From Mobula birostris (Eukaryota): a stretch of 64,000 nucleotides of DNA. This document shows positions 49,317 through 62,214 of this stretch, one piece after another. The notes under the pieces are model-generated. The model was not told the origin of the DNA. It worked only from the letters and a program-made list of their open reading frames with translations, and did not search any database. Made by a program: the position numbers and the translations under genes. The stretch spans positions 26,484,630 through 26,548,629 of the forward strand of contig NC_092397.1 of the NCBI RefSeq assembly GCF_030028105.1, read 5' to 3'. The stretch's first letter is position 1. Every line of letters starts with the position of its first letter.

Positions 49317-50273
49317 ATCATGCAAGTCTCTTCTTATTGTCATTTCGACCGCAACTGCTGGTACAGTTCACAGTAAAAATGAGACAACGTTTTTCAGGAC
49401 CATAGATGCTACATGAAACAATACAAAAACTACACTGAACTACGTAAAACAACACAAAAACTACACTAGACTCCAGACCTACGCAGGACTGCATAAAGTG
49501 CACAAACCAGTGCAGACATTACAATAAACAATAAACAAGACAATAGGTACTGTAGAGGGCAGTAGGTTGCTGTCAGTCCAGGCTCTGGGTATTGAGGAGT
49601 CTGATGGCTTGGGGGAAGAAACTTTTACGTAGTCTGCTCGTGAGAGCCCAAATGCTTCCGTGCCTTTTTCCAGATGGCAGGAGGGAGAAAAGTTTGTATG
49701 AGGAGTGCGTGGGGTCCATCATAATGCTGTTTGTTTTGCGGATGCAGCACGTGGTGTAAATGTCTGTAATAGCGGGAAACCGACGCCAATGATCTTCTCA
49801 GCTGACCTCACTATCCGCTGCAGGATCTTGCAATCCAGGATGGTGCAATTTCCAAACCAGGCAGTGATACAGCTGCACAGGATGATCTCAAAAAAAACCT
49901 CTGTTGAATCTGGTGAGAATGGGGGGTGGGAGACGGACTTTTCTCTAGTCTTTGCAGAAAATAGAGATGCTGTTGGGCTTTCTTTGCTATGGAGCTGATG
50001 TTGAAGGATCAGGTGACATTCTCCGCCAGGTTAGCACCGAGAAATTTGGTGCTCTTAACGATCTCTACCAAGGAGTCGTCGATGTCCAGCTGAGAGTGAA
50101 CGCTCTGTGTTCTCCTGAAGTCAACAACCATCTCTTTTGTTTTGTTCACATTCAGAGACAGGTTGTTGGCTCTGCACCAGTCCGTTAGCCGCTGCACCTC
50201 CTCTCTGTATGCTGACTCATCGTTATTGCTCTTGAGGCTCACCACAGTCGTGTCATCGGCGAACTTGATGATG
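49317..50273 (-). mobile_element. Rex1/Babar-type LINE 3' fragment, specific to copy C
   Basis: IIKFADDTTVVSL..AYREEVQRLTDWC..NLSLNVNKTKEMVVDFRR; site is empty in copy A at ~31533. Confidence 0.85.
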
Positions 50274-50829
50274 ATATTTCCCATTATCCCCACACATTCA
50301 CTGCCTGCGCCACCAACTGCTACTGCTCCTGAGCCAGTCAACAACTCGAACCCTCCGCATGTGTTCTGCCGTCAATCAGGTCTATGGGTGGAGCATGGCA
50401 GCTGATGCGAATGTGTTGCAATGACGTCACAAAACGTAAGCATACCTTCCCCGGTCCACGTTGTGAAACGTCTGTTTGGAGGATCCAGGGCTGCGGGAGA
50501 GGCAGGGCGGTTTTAAAGCCGTCCACATGGTAAGGTTCTTTCCAAAGTGTCTCAGCTGTACCTTTGCCTGTCTTCTCCAGACAGTCACACAGCCAAACTG
50601 AGAGAATCGGCATGAGTGTTGGGAAAGAGCAAGAGTTTATATCATACAACAGCCCCGGTCTAATGTGTTTGGAATGACGGATTCGGGCACCGAATGTTCG
50701 CCGAACGTTTTAAAATACAGACGTGTTGAGGGACTACCTGGGAAAAAGGCCGCTAAACACAACGTTCCTTGATTTCGAGAAACTCTCCCGTTCCGGGCTA
50801 TTTGCACACTCGAATGCCCCACTTTCTAA

Positions 50830-51660
50830 ATGAGGTTTAATGTGCTTAAATGTGAGGTTATCCACTTTGGTGGCAAGAACAGGAAGGCAGATTACTATGT
50901 GAATGGTGTCAAGTTAGGAAAAGGGGAAGTACAACGAGATCTAGGTGTCCTTGTTTATCAGTCACTGAAAGTAAGCATACAGGTACAGCAGGCAGTGAAG
51001 AAAGCTAATGGCATGCTGGCCTTCATAACAAGGGGATTTGAGTATAAGAGCAAAGAGGTCCTTCTGAGTTGTACAGGGCCCTGGTGAGACCACGCCTGGA
51101 ATATTGTGGACAGTTTTGGTCTCCAAATTTGAGGAAGGACATTCTAGCTATTGAGGGAGTGAAGCGTAGCTTCACGAGGCTAATTCCCGGGATGGAGGGA
51201 CCGTCGTATGTTGAAAGATTGGAGCGACTGGGGTTGTATACACTGGAATTTAGAAGGATAAGAGGGGATCTGATTGAAATTTATAAGATTATTAAGGTAT
51301 TGGACACGTTAGAGGCAGGAAACATGTTCCCGATGTTGGGGGAGTCCAGAACCAGAGGACAAAGTTTTTGAATAAGGGGTAGACAATTTAGAACGGAGTT
51401 GAGAAAAAAAAAACTTTTTCACACAGAGGTTTGTGGTTCTGTGAATGTTCTGCCTCAGAAGGCAGTGGAGGCCAATTCTCTATAATCTTTCACAAAAGAG
51501 TTAGATAGAGTTCTTAAAGATTACGGAGTGAAGGGACGTGGGGAGAAGGCAGGAAAAAGTTACTGATTGTGGATGATCAGCCATGATCACAGCGCACGGT
51601 GGTTCTGGCTGGAGGGGCTGAGTGGCCTACTCCTGCACCTATTCCTATTGTCTGTTGTCT
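50830..51660 (+). mobile_element. CR1 3' fragment, specific to copy C
   Basis: MRFNVLKCEVIHFG, YRALVRPRLEYCGQFWSP; tctaa at both junctions. Confidence 0.88.
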
Positions 51661-51734
51661 AATACTTCAACCCCATTTGTTTCGTTGAAAGCTTCTGTTG
51701 TATTTCCAGTTTCTATTTGAAGCAGGAAAACGGT

Positions 51735-51772
51735 CTCCCCGCCGGGGATTCGGACCACTGAAATAACGAGGA
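51735..51772 (-). pseudogene. tRNA-Asp remnant (anticodon arm deleted)
   Basis: ctccccgccggggattcgga|ccactgaaataacgagga; only the two ends remain. Confidence 0.75.
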
Positions 51773-52260
51773 ATAAACACGAGTGTGGAATCTGTCTCCT
51801 GGATGTCAGGGTTAGTAGGGTTCATATTAGAGTCACTCTGGTGTTTGTTTGTTGAGAGTAGAGCTGCCGCTTTTTACCCATCCCCTTCTCACTGTGTATC
51901 AGTGGTGTATCAGGATTCTTTAGCGATTCAGTCACTTACTGTGTTCAAGAACTGGCCAAAGGAAGTGTTCACATTAGCGTCTAACTGACCGGATATGTAT
52001 AATCAGGATTTATTTCTCATTTACTGATCCGCGAAGCAGGAAAGCATTCGAATCTCTCGGGTCGATTCTCCCTTCAGTCGGATCCCAGGTGCTGTGTTTC
52101 TCCGGTCTGTCGGAACGTCGCGACATCCAGTGGTCAGAATAGGAACTGCAACAGAGTGAGGAATGATCCTTCAGAAAACAGCTCAAACACTGAAAATCGA
52201 GTAACAGAATCTTATAGCACCAGAAACCATCCAGTCAATGTATCTGTTTTGCATCATGGG

Positions 52261-52332
52261 GCAATGGTGGTATAGTGGTGAGCATAGCTGCTTCCCAAGC
52301 AGTTGACCCGGGTTCGATTCCTGGCCCTTGCA
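52261..52332 (+). tRNA. tRNA-Gly(CCC), possibly impaired
   Basis: Paralog of 32696-32767; acceptor stem GCAATGG/CCCTTGC has one T:C mismatch; G:U in the T-stem. Confidence 0.7.
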
Positions 52333-53072
52333 GGGTGTACACTTTTATACTAAAAAATAACCTCTAACCGGGCACTATGAACGCAGAACTGTAATTCATG
52401 GGAAATTTGTTGTGAGTGAAATTCACTCTAATGGCTCAGATGGATCCCTCATGTACGATGGTGGTAGTCCCTCTTGTAGGATGATCGAGGATCCCAAATT
52501 AAATGAAAAACACAGCATTAGACCACGGAGGTCTGTTAGATTCCTGACCAAAGACACAACGCGCCTCGGAAATTCTCTCGTTCCTGTCTTCCATCGTGCA
52601 GAAGGTACACAAGCCTGAAAGCACGTATCACAGTCTCACGGATAGTTTCAGTCCCACTGTTGTGTCTATTGAATAGTTTCCCATAAGATAGGATGGACGT
52701 TTGACCTCACGGTCTACCTTGTTATGGAACTGCACTTCATTATTTACCTGCGCCGTGCTTTCTCTGTCCCTGTTACAGTTTATTCTGCATTTTGTTATTG
52801 TTTCACCTTGTTCTCTCCCAATACAATTCAATTCAATTCCATGGAAGAGACTTCACAGTGCAGAAGTCGAATCACAAACGAGAAAATGTGCAGATGCTGG
52901 AAATCAAAGCAACACGCACAAAATGCTGGAGGAATTCAGCAGGCCAGGCTGTTTCGTGCTCATGAAGAAGGGTTGCGGCCTGAAACACCGACCGTATACT
53001 TTATTCCATAGATGTTGCTGCACATTTTCTCTTGTATGAGAAAGAGATTTAAAAAAAAAACTGTTGATCACT

Positions 53073-53081
53073 GGCTCGAAG

Positions 53082-53113
<32 letters not shown>

Positions 53114-53134
53114 CACCGATTGCGCCACAGAGAC
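53073..53134 (-). pseudogene. tRNA-Asn(GTT) pseudogene lacking its 3' end
   Basis: 3' acceptor strand (..CACCCAGGGACG) deleted relative to 35574-35647; G53 also altered. Confidence 0.88.
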
Positions 53135-53255
53135 GAGAATTCAAAGAAGTACGAATAAATGGCAGATGTCAATTGAAATGTGGTTTCTTTCTACAGATGC
53201 ATAATATGGCACGTTTATGTTTTGAAACACGAAGATGCATAAACGTTGTCGCCAA

Positions 53256-53327
53256 TAGCAGAGGATGGTTTCGATCAATCGACCTCTGGGTTATGGGCCC
53301 AGCACGCTTCCGCTGCGCCACTCTGCT
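53256..53327 (-). tRNA. Initiator tRNA-Met(CAT) with a T-stem mismatch
   Basis: Full 72 nt; GATGG>GATTG in the T-stem. Confidence 0.78.
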
Positions 53328-54527
53328 GGGGAAAATACAAAGAATTGTTGTGTGTGAATGTTGTGCAATGCTTTGTGTGTCTGTGTGTGTTTATCTCTGG
53401 GTCTGTATATGTCTGGGTCCATTCCCTCGTTTCCCCGTATTCATACCCACTTTCTTCACTTTCTTTCGTTCATTCCCAGTTTCTCCTCTTTCTCTTTTTC
53501 TCCACCTTTCTTTCTTTCTTCCCTGCTCTCTGGTCCACCCAGTTATTATCTCTATGCCTTTTAGTCTCTATCCTTTCTTCCATCTCGTTCCCGCTATTTC
53601 ACCAGTGACTATGTTTTACATTATTTATTTTTTCAGACGGACAATTCATCCCACTTGTGAGGCTTTAAAAAAAAAAGACGTTTCCACCCACAAGGCGGAC
53701 TAAATCCCGAGGTGCCGTTAACTTCCTAATCCTGTCCTGATGATTGAATGAATGTCGGAGTTCCTTCAGTGTTGAACCAACAGTTCACATTGTGAAGCGG
53801 AACTCGCGACATTAATGTACTGCAAGCACTTCCCTCAAATGCAACACTTCCTCCACCGGGATTAACTGTTGGTGTCATGTTCAGACCATCACGGCCGGAC
53901 CAGTGAGTGACAGATAGGGAGGTGGGAACTATCGCTGATGCCCTGTAACGAGGGGCGGTTTTTCCATTTCTCCACCGAAGCTGCGTAACTGATACAGTAA
54001 GGGTTGGGTTTTAACTCCCCCACGTGGGACGGTGTAAAGACACGCTGGCAGCTGCTTATCACCTATCACCTGGCTTCTCCCTCTCTTCTCCCACGTTTCA
54101 ATTCTACTCCTCATTTGATTTCTCCAGTCCTCCTGAAGTGTCTCGGCCCAAAGCGTCGACTGTACTCCTTTCCATAAATGCTGCCTGACCTGCTGAGTTC
54201 CTCCAGCATTTTGGGTGTGTTGATCCGTGTCTTCTGTCTCACTTGCCAATCCCGTGAATCTGCTTGCTCATAACATCTTCCCAAATCTTTTGTTAAGTAG
54301 ATATTCGGAGAAATGTTCTTATATTGCAAAAATAAAATTACGTTTGATTAATTCAACTAAAAGCTATTAACAGATACCAAAACGTACCACAGAAAATGGA
54401 ATTTAAAGCCCTTTTTGATTAAGCAAAGGGACCCTTTCCCTCCCAGAGGCGGACTGTTGATATGAGTTGTTTCTTTGGTCTGGGAGTGAGTTTCCAAACA
54501 TTAAATTGATGCTATATCTGTTCGTGA

Positions 54528-54528
54528 A

Positions 54529-54617
<89 letters not shown>

Positions 54618-54710
54618 TATGAACACCGACACACGCACACGCATGTAAACAAACAGAGACACGCATACGCACGGGCACGTAAACAAAGAGATACACATAC
54701 ACATACACAC

Positions 54711-54772
<62 letters not shown>
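54528..54772. repeat. Compound (TC)n(CA)n microsatellite
   Basis: Two long CA runs; shorter paralogous array at ~37509-37632. Confidence 0.97.
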
Positions 54773-54777
<5 letters not shown>

Positions 54778-54889
54778 AAATAAGTTAAATACTGAAAGCG
54801 CAGTGGCTGGCAAACTGAAGGAGAAAATGTGACAACACAGTGGAGATATTGAACACGAACAGGCCTGGACATTTCTCAAAGGAATATCT

Positions 54890-55658
54890 CACAAGTGTGA
54901 GATATTGCACGTTGGAAGGACAAACCAACGTAGAACATACAGGGTTAATGGTAAGGCACTGAGGAGTTAAGTGGAACAGAGGGATCTGGGAATCCAGATA
55001 CAAAATTCCCTAAAAGGTCGTCACAGGTAGATAGGGTCGTAAAGAGAGCTTTTGGTACATTGGCCTTTATTAATCGAAGTATTGATTATAAGAGCTGGAA
55101 TGAGGCCTAATCTGGAGAATTGTGTTCAGTTTTGGTCACCAAATTGCAGGAAGGATATAAATAAGGTTGAAAGAGTGCAGAGAAGGTTTACAAGGATGTT
55201 GCCGGGACTTGAGAAACTCAGTTACAGAGAAAGGTTGAATAGGTTAGGGCTTTATTCCCTTGAGCGTAGAAGAATGAGGGGAGATTTGATAGAGGTGTAT
55301 AAGATTATGATGGGTATAGATAGAGTGAATGCAAACAGGCTTTTTCCACTGAGGCAAGGGGAGAAAAAAAACAGAGGACATGGGTTAAGGGTGAGGGGGG
55401 AAAGTTTAAAGGGAACATTGGGGGGGGGGCTTCTTCAGACAGAGAGTGGCGGGAGTATGGAATGAGATGCCAGACGAGGTGGTAAATGCTGGTTCTTTTT
55501 TAGTATTTAAGAATAAATTGGACAGATACATGGATGGGAGGTGTATGGAGGGATATGGTCCGTGTGCAGATCAGTGGGACTAGGCAGAAAATGGTTTGGC
55601 ACAGCCAAGAAGGGCCAAAGGGCCTGTTTCTGTGCTGTAGTTTCTATGGTTTCTATGG
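54890..55658 (+). mobile_element. CR1 3' fragment, specific to copy C
   Basis: CVQFWSP..KVERVQRRFTRMLPGL..RRRMRGDLIEVYKIM; (tttctatgg)n tail. Confidence 0.88.
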
Positions 55659-58349
55659 TATGGAATTATGTTAATATTAGTTGTACGTGGACATTAATAA
55701 ATACGCGATGGCCATAACCTCCTGGCAGCGTGTTATGCCTTTGGAGAGATGGCGCTCCTGTGAAAACACCAACGGACGAAGCTCTGCAAACATTTCGAGG
55801 TAGTTAAACTATCACTGAAGTGGAGTTATGGGAGTGAGTTGCAAACTCAGCACAAGAAATGAAAGAAGTGAGAAGGGAATCTATGTGAAAAGCCGAGTGA
55901 GGGCGCAGTGCGGATGCTGAGGGATGAAGGAGAATCAGCGAGGGAAGGATGAGGGAGTAACTTTAAGTTCCTCAGTGTTATCAGTTCAGATTATCAATCC
56001 TTGGCCCGGCACATACGTTTCACTACAGAAAAGGCTCGGCAGCACCTCTACACGTCATCTAAAATGTTGACAGATTTCCATAGGTGTGCGGTGGAGAGCA
56101 TATTGACTGGTGGCATGAGGACCTGGCATGGGACCAACAATGCCCTTGTACGGAAACGCTCACAAACAGTAATGGATAGAGCCCAGTCCAGCACAGGTAA
56201 ATCCCTCCCCACCGCTGAGCTCAGCTACACGGAAATCAGTATCCCGACCGTCCAGATCATACTCTCTTCTCGCTGCTGGCAATGGGAAGGAGGTAACCCA
56301 TCAATAGGTCCATCACCCCTCAGCCATCAGGCTATTGAAGAAGAATGGACAACTTCATTTACCCAACACTGAACTGTACCCACAACCCAGAGACTCACTG
56401 TCAAGACTTATCAATGTTATGTTTTCGACACTTAATGTTTATTTATTAGTATTATTTTTTTCCTTCTTGTATTTAAGTAGTTTATGGTTTTGTTCACCTT
56501 TGTCGTTTGCTGTCTTTGTTGAGCGCGGTCTTTCATTGATTCGCCTGTGTTTCGTTCTATATACTGTGAATGCTCCTATGGTGACATGTATATACTTCAG
56601 TAATAAATTTAATTTAATCTTGCGACTTTGAAATTTAGGGAGAGTAATCTATTGGGTGAGACACGGATGCTGTTTCACACTGTTAGCGACGAGGTGGAAA
56701 GATTGGTGGAGCCCAGCAGCTTTATTCTTTGAAACAGGATTGTGGCAGAGGACTGCACCGAACGGAACGCCTTATCGACGGACATAGAAGATAGGAAGGG
56801 GAGTGGGCGATACAGATCTTCCAGTTGTTTCATTTGAATGGTCATCTCTGCATTGGAATCACCGAACCACTGTTCCAGCATTTCATATAAACGGGCTGTT
56901 GTGACGGTTATCTATATTCTCATCCAGGAGGAACCAGTCTCATAGCATCCCATTTGTTAAGACCCCTCAGGATTTTACATCTATTCTGTAACAAGTTCTT
57001 ACTGCTCTATATTCCAGAGGATACTATCCTTGTATCTTGAACTCGGCTCAGAACACAAGTTGCACACCACAGGTATTAACTTAATTTGAAAAAATAGAGC
57101 TGACGAATTTTCCCGCGATTAATAGCACCCCTTCAAACGCGAGTATTCTAAATGGTGTTCCAGGAGTTGTGTCTCTACATAATTGAAAAATATTTTTTTC
57201 TACTGATGGATTCAGGTCTCCCCGCTATATACCTTGCTTGCTTAACCAAAGTTTTGGAAAATACTCTATGGTGGCCAGCAAGCATTTTGGAATTGACGTC
57301 CTCGCTCAGCTGAATCACGTTGACTGTCAGAGGGCGACAAAATCTCATCATTTCGATAAAATGCTTCCTTCTATTTTAAACTACTATGTTGATTAACGTT
57401 ACCTCCCATTTCACTGAACTTTACACACTCAGGAATATTTTGATATCTTTCTTTTTATATAGTTTTAGATTCGGTATGAAACAGGAAGGCGTATAGTCAG
57501 ACAGTGAAGTGGGAATGTGGAACACATTGACAGAGCAGCCGATGCACTGTGGGGAGAAGAGGGATCGTTTGCAGTCCAGAGCTTCTGCATACTGATCCAT
57601 AGTAACCATCAGTAATCAATCCCCATATTTCCTCGTGTAGGTTAAATATGTCTTTTAGATATGTTTGCATAAGCTGACACGTACGGATATATATATATAT
57701 ATATCTTCTGCAGCGCAGAATGGGCTACCAGCATATCATCTGTGACAACTTTGACAATTGCTATACCACTATCACGATAGTGAGTACGTGCCACTATACG
57801 TGCGGTACTTCTAGTCACAACGTATATCCAGAGACTAAAATCCGCTGCACCAGTGGTGTGGGCCAAGAAGGTACGGTCAGGGAAGGCAAAGCAGCGCTTT
57901 GAGTCGGTGGACTGGACCCTATCCAGGCACTCATCTTCGAATCTGAGCCAATACGTTACAGTTGTCAGGGACTTCTCGATTAGTGCGCGTTTTCGAGAAC
58001 ATACCGGATATACCCAAACCAAACGCCGTGGGTGAGCCAGGATTTTGTAGCTGCTGAAGGCTAGATGTGTGGTATTCAGAACCAGTGATCTATAGCTGTA
58101 CAAGAAGCCAAGGTAAAAACAAAAGCAATTTAAGAAGGGGAGACATATGACTGAGGCTACAAACCGAATCAGAATTAAGTCGGCTCTGGCAGAGTATGCA
58201 GAATATTACTTGCAAAAAAAGCGAAACTTAACACCGTGAATGGCTGTGATACTTTATTCCCAGAGGTACTCATCGTCTTTTATGGAACTTTTTGAAAAAG
58301 AGAATAAAACCACTCAGTGCTAATCCCTGCAGCCGCTGATGACTCTCTG

Positions 58350-58920
58350 ATCGAGAGGTAATGTTGGATCTATATACGACCCTGGTCAGGCCCCACTTGG
58401 AGTACTGTGCTCGGTTCTAGTCATCTCACTACAGGAAGGATATGGAAACTACAGAAAGGGTGCAGAGGAGATTTATAAGGATGTTGCCTGCATTGGGGAG
58501 TATGCTTCATGAGAATAGGGTGAGTGAACACGCCTTTTATCCTTGGAGCGGCGGACGACGAGAGGTGACCTGATATAGGTGTATAAGATGATGAGATCGT
58601 GTGGATAGTCAAAGGCTTTTTTCTCAGAGCTGAAATGGCTACCCGAGAGGACACAGGTTTAAGGTGCTGGAGAGTAGGTACAGAGGATACGTCAAGGGTA
58701 GGTCTTTTACGCAGTGAGTGGTGAGTGCGTGGAATAGGCTGCCGGCAACGGTGGTGGAGGCCGATACGATTGGGTCTTTTAAGAGACTCCTGGATAGGTA
58801 CATGGAACTTAGAAAAATAGAGGGATGGGAGTAATCTTAGGTAATTTCTAAGTAAGTACATGTTTGGCACAACATTGTGGGCCGAAGGGCCCTTACTGTG
58901 CTGTAGGTTTTCCATGTTTC
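58350..58920 (+). mobile_element. CR1 3' fragment
   Basis: Same subfamily as 34310-34908. Confidence 0.85.
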
Positions 58921-59309
58921 TGTGATCTCTGTTGTAGAAGCCGATGTCAGAACATCTTCCAAAAGGACGAACACTTGCAAGCTGTCAGACCCTACTGGTG
59001 TACTTGGTAGAGATCTGAAAGCCTGTACCAATCGACCGGCCGGAGTATTGAAGAACATATTCAATGTCTCAATTCTGCAGTGGGAGTTTCCCACCTTTCA
59101 ATAGGGTGATAATCGGACTACGGCCCAAGAAGTGCACTGTAAACTGCCTCAAAGACGATCGCCCACGTCACCTACATCTGTTATGACGGGCAGCTTTAAG
59201 CGGCTAATCATGGCTGAATCAATGCACAAGAGGGACCTAGATCTATTGCAATTTCTCTGTTGCCATAAAGGGCTTACAAAGGACGCTCTCTGATTGGCTT
59301 TTACTCGGC

Positions 59310-62214
59310 TCAAAGCGAAAAGTACCAGTTACTGGTCTTAATGCACGCCGCATAAGGAATAAGGTGGATGATCGTGTCATACAGCTACAGATTGGCAGGT
59401 ACGATATTGTGGCCATCACTGAGACGTGGCTAAAGGATGCATGTCTCTGGGAGCTGAACGTCCAAGGATACACGGTGTATCGGAAGGATAGGAAGGTAGG
59501 CAAGGGGGGAAGTGTGGCTTTATTGGTAAGAAATGATATTAAATCATTAGAAAGAGATGATATAAGATCGGAAGGTGCAGAATCTTTATCGGTTCAGCTA
59601 AGAAATTGCAGGGGTAAAAAGACCCTGATGGCAGTTATATATAGGCCTCCAAACAGCTGCAGGGATGTGGACTACAAATTACAACAGGAAATAGAAAAGG
59701 CTTGTCAGAAGGACAGTGTTATGATAATTGTGGGAGATTTTAACATGCGAGTGGATTGCAAAAATCAGGTGGGCACTGGATCTCAAGAGAGAGAATTTGT
59801 AGAATGTCTGCGAGATGGCTTTTTAGAACAGCTTGTTGTTGAGCCCACTAGGGGATCGGCTGTACTGGATTGGGTATTGTGTAACGAACCGGAGGTGATT
59901 GGAGAGATTGAGGTGAAGGAACCCTTAGGAGGTAGTGATCATAACATGATTGAGTTCACTGCGAAATTTGAAAAAGAGAAGCCGAAATCTGATGTGTCGC
60001 TATTTCACTGGAGTAAAGGAAATTACAGTGGAATGAGAGAGGAACTAGCCAAAGTTGACTGGAAAGGGACACTGGCGGGAAAAACGGCAGAGCAGCAGTG
60101 GCTGGAGTTTATGTGAGAAGTGAGGAAGGTGCAAGACAGGTATATTCCAAAAAAGATAAATTTTCGAATGAGAAAAAGGATGCAACCGTGGTTGACAAGA
60201 GAAGTCAAAGCCAAGGTTAAAGCAAAGGAGAGGGCATACAAGGAAGTCGAAATTAGTGGGAAGACAGAGGATTGGGAAGTTCTTAAAACCTTACAGAAGG
60301 AAACTAAGGAGGTCATTAAGACGGAAAAGATTAACTATGAAAGGAAGCTAGCAAATAATATCAAAGAGGATACTAAAAGATTTTTCAAGTATATAAAGAG
60401 TAAAAGACAGGTGAGAATAGATATAGGACCGATAGAAAATGATGCTGGAGAAATTGTAATGGGAGATAAGGAGATGGCAGAGGAACTGAACGAGTATTTT
60501 GCATCAGTTTTCACTGAGGAAAACATCAACAGTATACCGGACACTCAAGGGTGACAGGGAAGAGAAGTGTGCGCAGTCACAATTACGACACAGAAAGTAC
60601 ACAGGAAGCTGAATATTCTAAAGGTAGATAAATCTCCTGGACCAGATGCAATGCACCCGCGTGTTCTGAAGGAAGTAGCTGTGGAGATTGCGGAGGCATT
60701 ACCGATGATCTTTCAAAAGTCAATAGATTCTGGCATGGTTCCGGAGGACTGGCAGATTGCAAATGTCACTCCGCTATTTAAGATGGGGGCAAGGAAGCAA
60801 AAAGGAAATTATAGACCTGTTAGCTTGACATCGGTGGTTGGGAAGTTGTTGGAGTCGATTGTCAAGGATGAGGTTACAGAGTACCTGGAGGCATATGACA
60901 AGATAGGCAGAACTCAGCATGGATTCCTTAAGGAAAATAATGCCTGACAAGCCTATTACAATTTTTTGAGGAAATTACCAGTAGGCTACACAAGGGAGAT
61001 GCAGTGGATGTTGTATATTTGGATTTTCAGAAGGCCTTTGACAAGGTGCCACACATGAGGCTGCTTAACAAGCCCATGGAATTACGGGGAAGTTACATAC
61101 GTGGATAGAGCGTTGGTTGATTGGCAGGAAACAGAGAGTGTGAATAAAGGGATCCTATTCTGGTTGGCTGCCGGTTACCAGTGGTGTTCCAGAGGGGTTT
61201 GTGTTGAGGCCGCTTCTTTTTACATAGTACATGAACGATTTGGATTATGGAATAGATGGTTTTGTGGCTAAGTTTGCTGACGATAAGAAAATAGGTGGAG
61301 GGGCCGGTAGTGCTGAGGAAACGGAGTCTGCAGAGAGACTTGGATAGATTGGAAGAATGGGCAAAGTAGTGGTTAATGAAGTACAATGTTGGAAACTTTA
61401 TGGTTATACACTTTGGCAGAAGTAATAAACGGGCAGACTATTATTTAAATGGGGAAAGAATTCAAAGTTCTGAGAAGCAACGGGACTTGGGAGTCCTCGT
61501 ACAGGATACCCTTAAAGATAACCTCCAGGTTGAGTCGGTAGTGAAGAAGGCCAATGCAATGTTGGCAGTCAGTTCTAGAGGAATAGAGTATAGGAGCAAT
61601 GATATGATGTTAAGGCTCTATAAGGCGCTGGTGAGACCGCAATTGGAGTACTGTGGGCAGTTTTGGTCTCCTTATTTAAGAAAGGGTGTGCTGACGTTGG
61701 AGAGAGTACAGAGAAGATTCACTAGAATCAATCCGAGAATGAGAGGGTTAACATATGAGGAACGTTTGCCCGCTTTTGGACTGTATTCCTTGGAGTTTAG
61801 AAGAATGAGGGGAGACCTTATAGAAACATTTCGAACGTTGAAAGTTATGGACAAAGTGGATGTGGCAAAGTTGTTTCCCATGATGGGGGGGCGGGTCTAG
61901 TACGAGAGGGCATGACTTAAGGATTGAAAGGCGCCCATTCAGAACAGAAATGCGAAGATTTTTTTCTTAGTCAGAGGGTGGTGAATCTATGGAATTTGTT
62001 GTCACTGGCAGCGGTGGAGGCCAAGTCATTGGGTGTATTTAAGACAGAGATTGATAGGTAACTGAGTAGCCAGGGCATCAAAGGTTATGGTGAGAAGGCG
62101 GGGGAGTGGGAGTAAATAGGAGAATGGATCAGCTCATGACGTAATGGCGGAGCAGATCGATGGGCCGAATGGCCGTCTTCTGCTCCTTTGTCTTATGGTC
62201 TTATGGTCTTATGG
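59310..62214 (+). mobile_element. CR1 LINE with near-complete ORF2 (APE endonuclease + RT), disrupted by stops and frameshifts
   Basis: LNARRIRNK, YDIVAITETWL, IYRPPNS, VGDFN, GGSDHNMI, KSPGPD, NYRPVSLTSVVGKLLE, QHGF, LDFQKAFDKVPH, KFADD; (ttatggtc)n tail. Confidence 0.95.

Larger units (their letters stand above)
48740..57642 (+). repeat. Segmental duplication copy C (tRNA cassette)
   Basis: Collinear with 30969-39722; carries private insertions and a ~2-kb deletion. Confidence 0.92.

Noticed and set aside
54403-54879. Cys-Val repeat proteins
   Set aside because: Translations of the (CA)n microsatellite
59364-61900. Host endonuclease or polymerase gene
   Set aside because: Consecutive fragments of one CR1 ORF2 broken by stops and frameshifts
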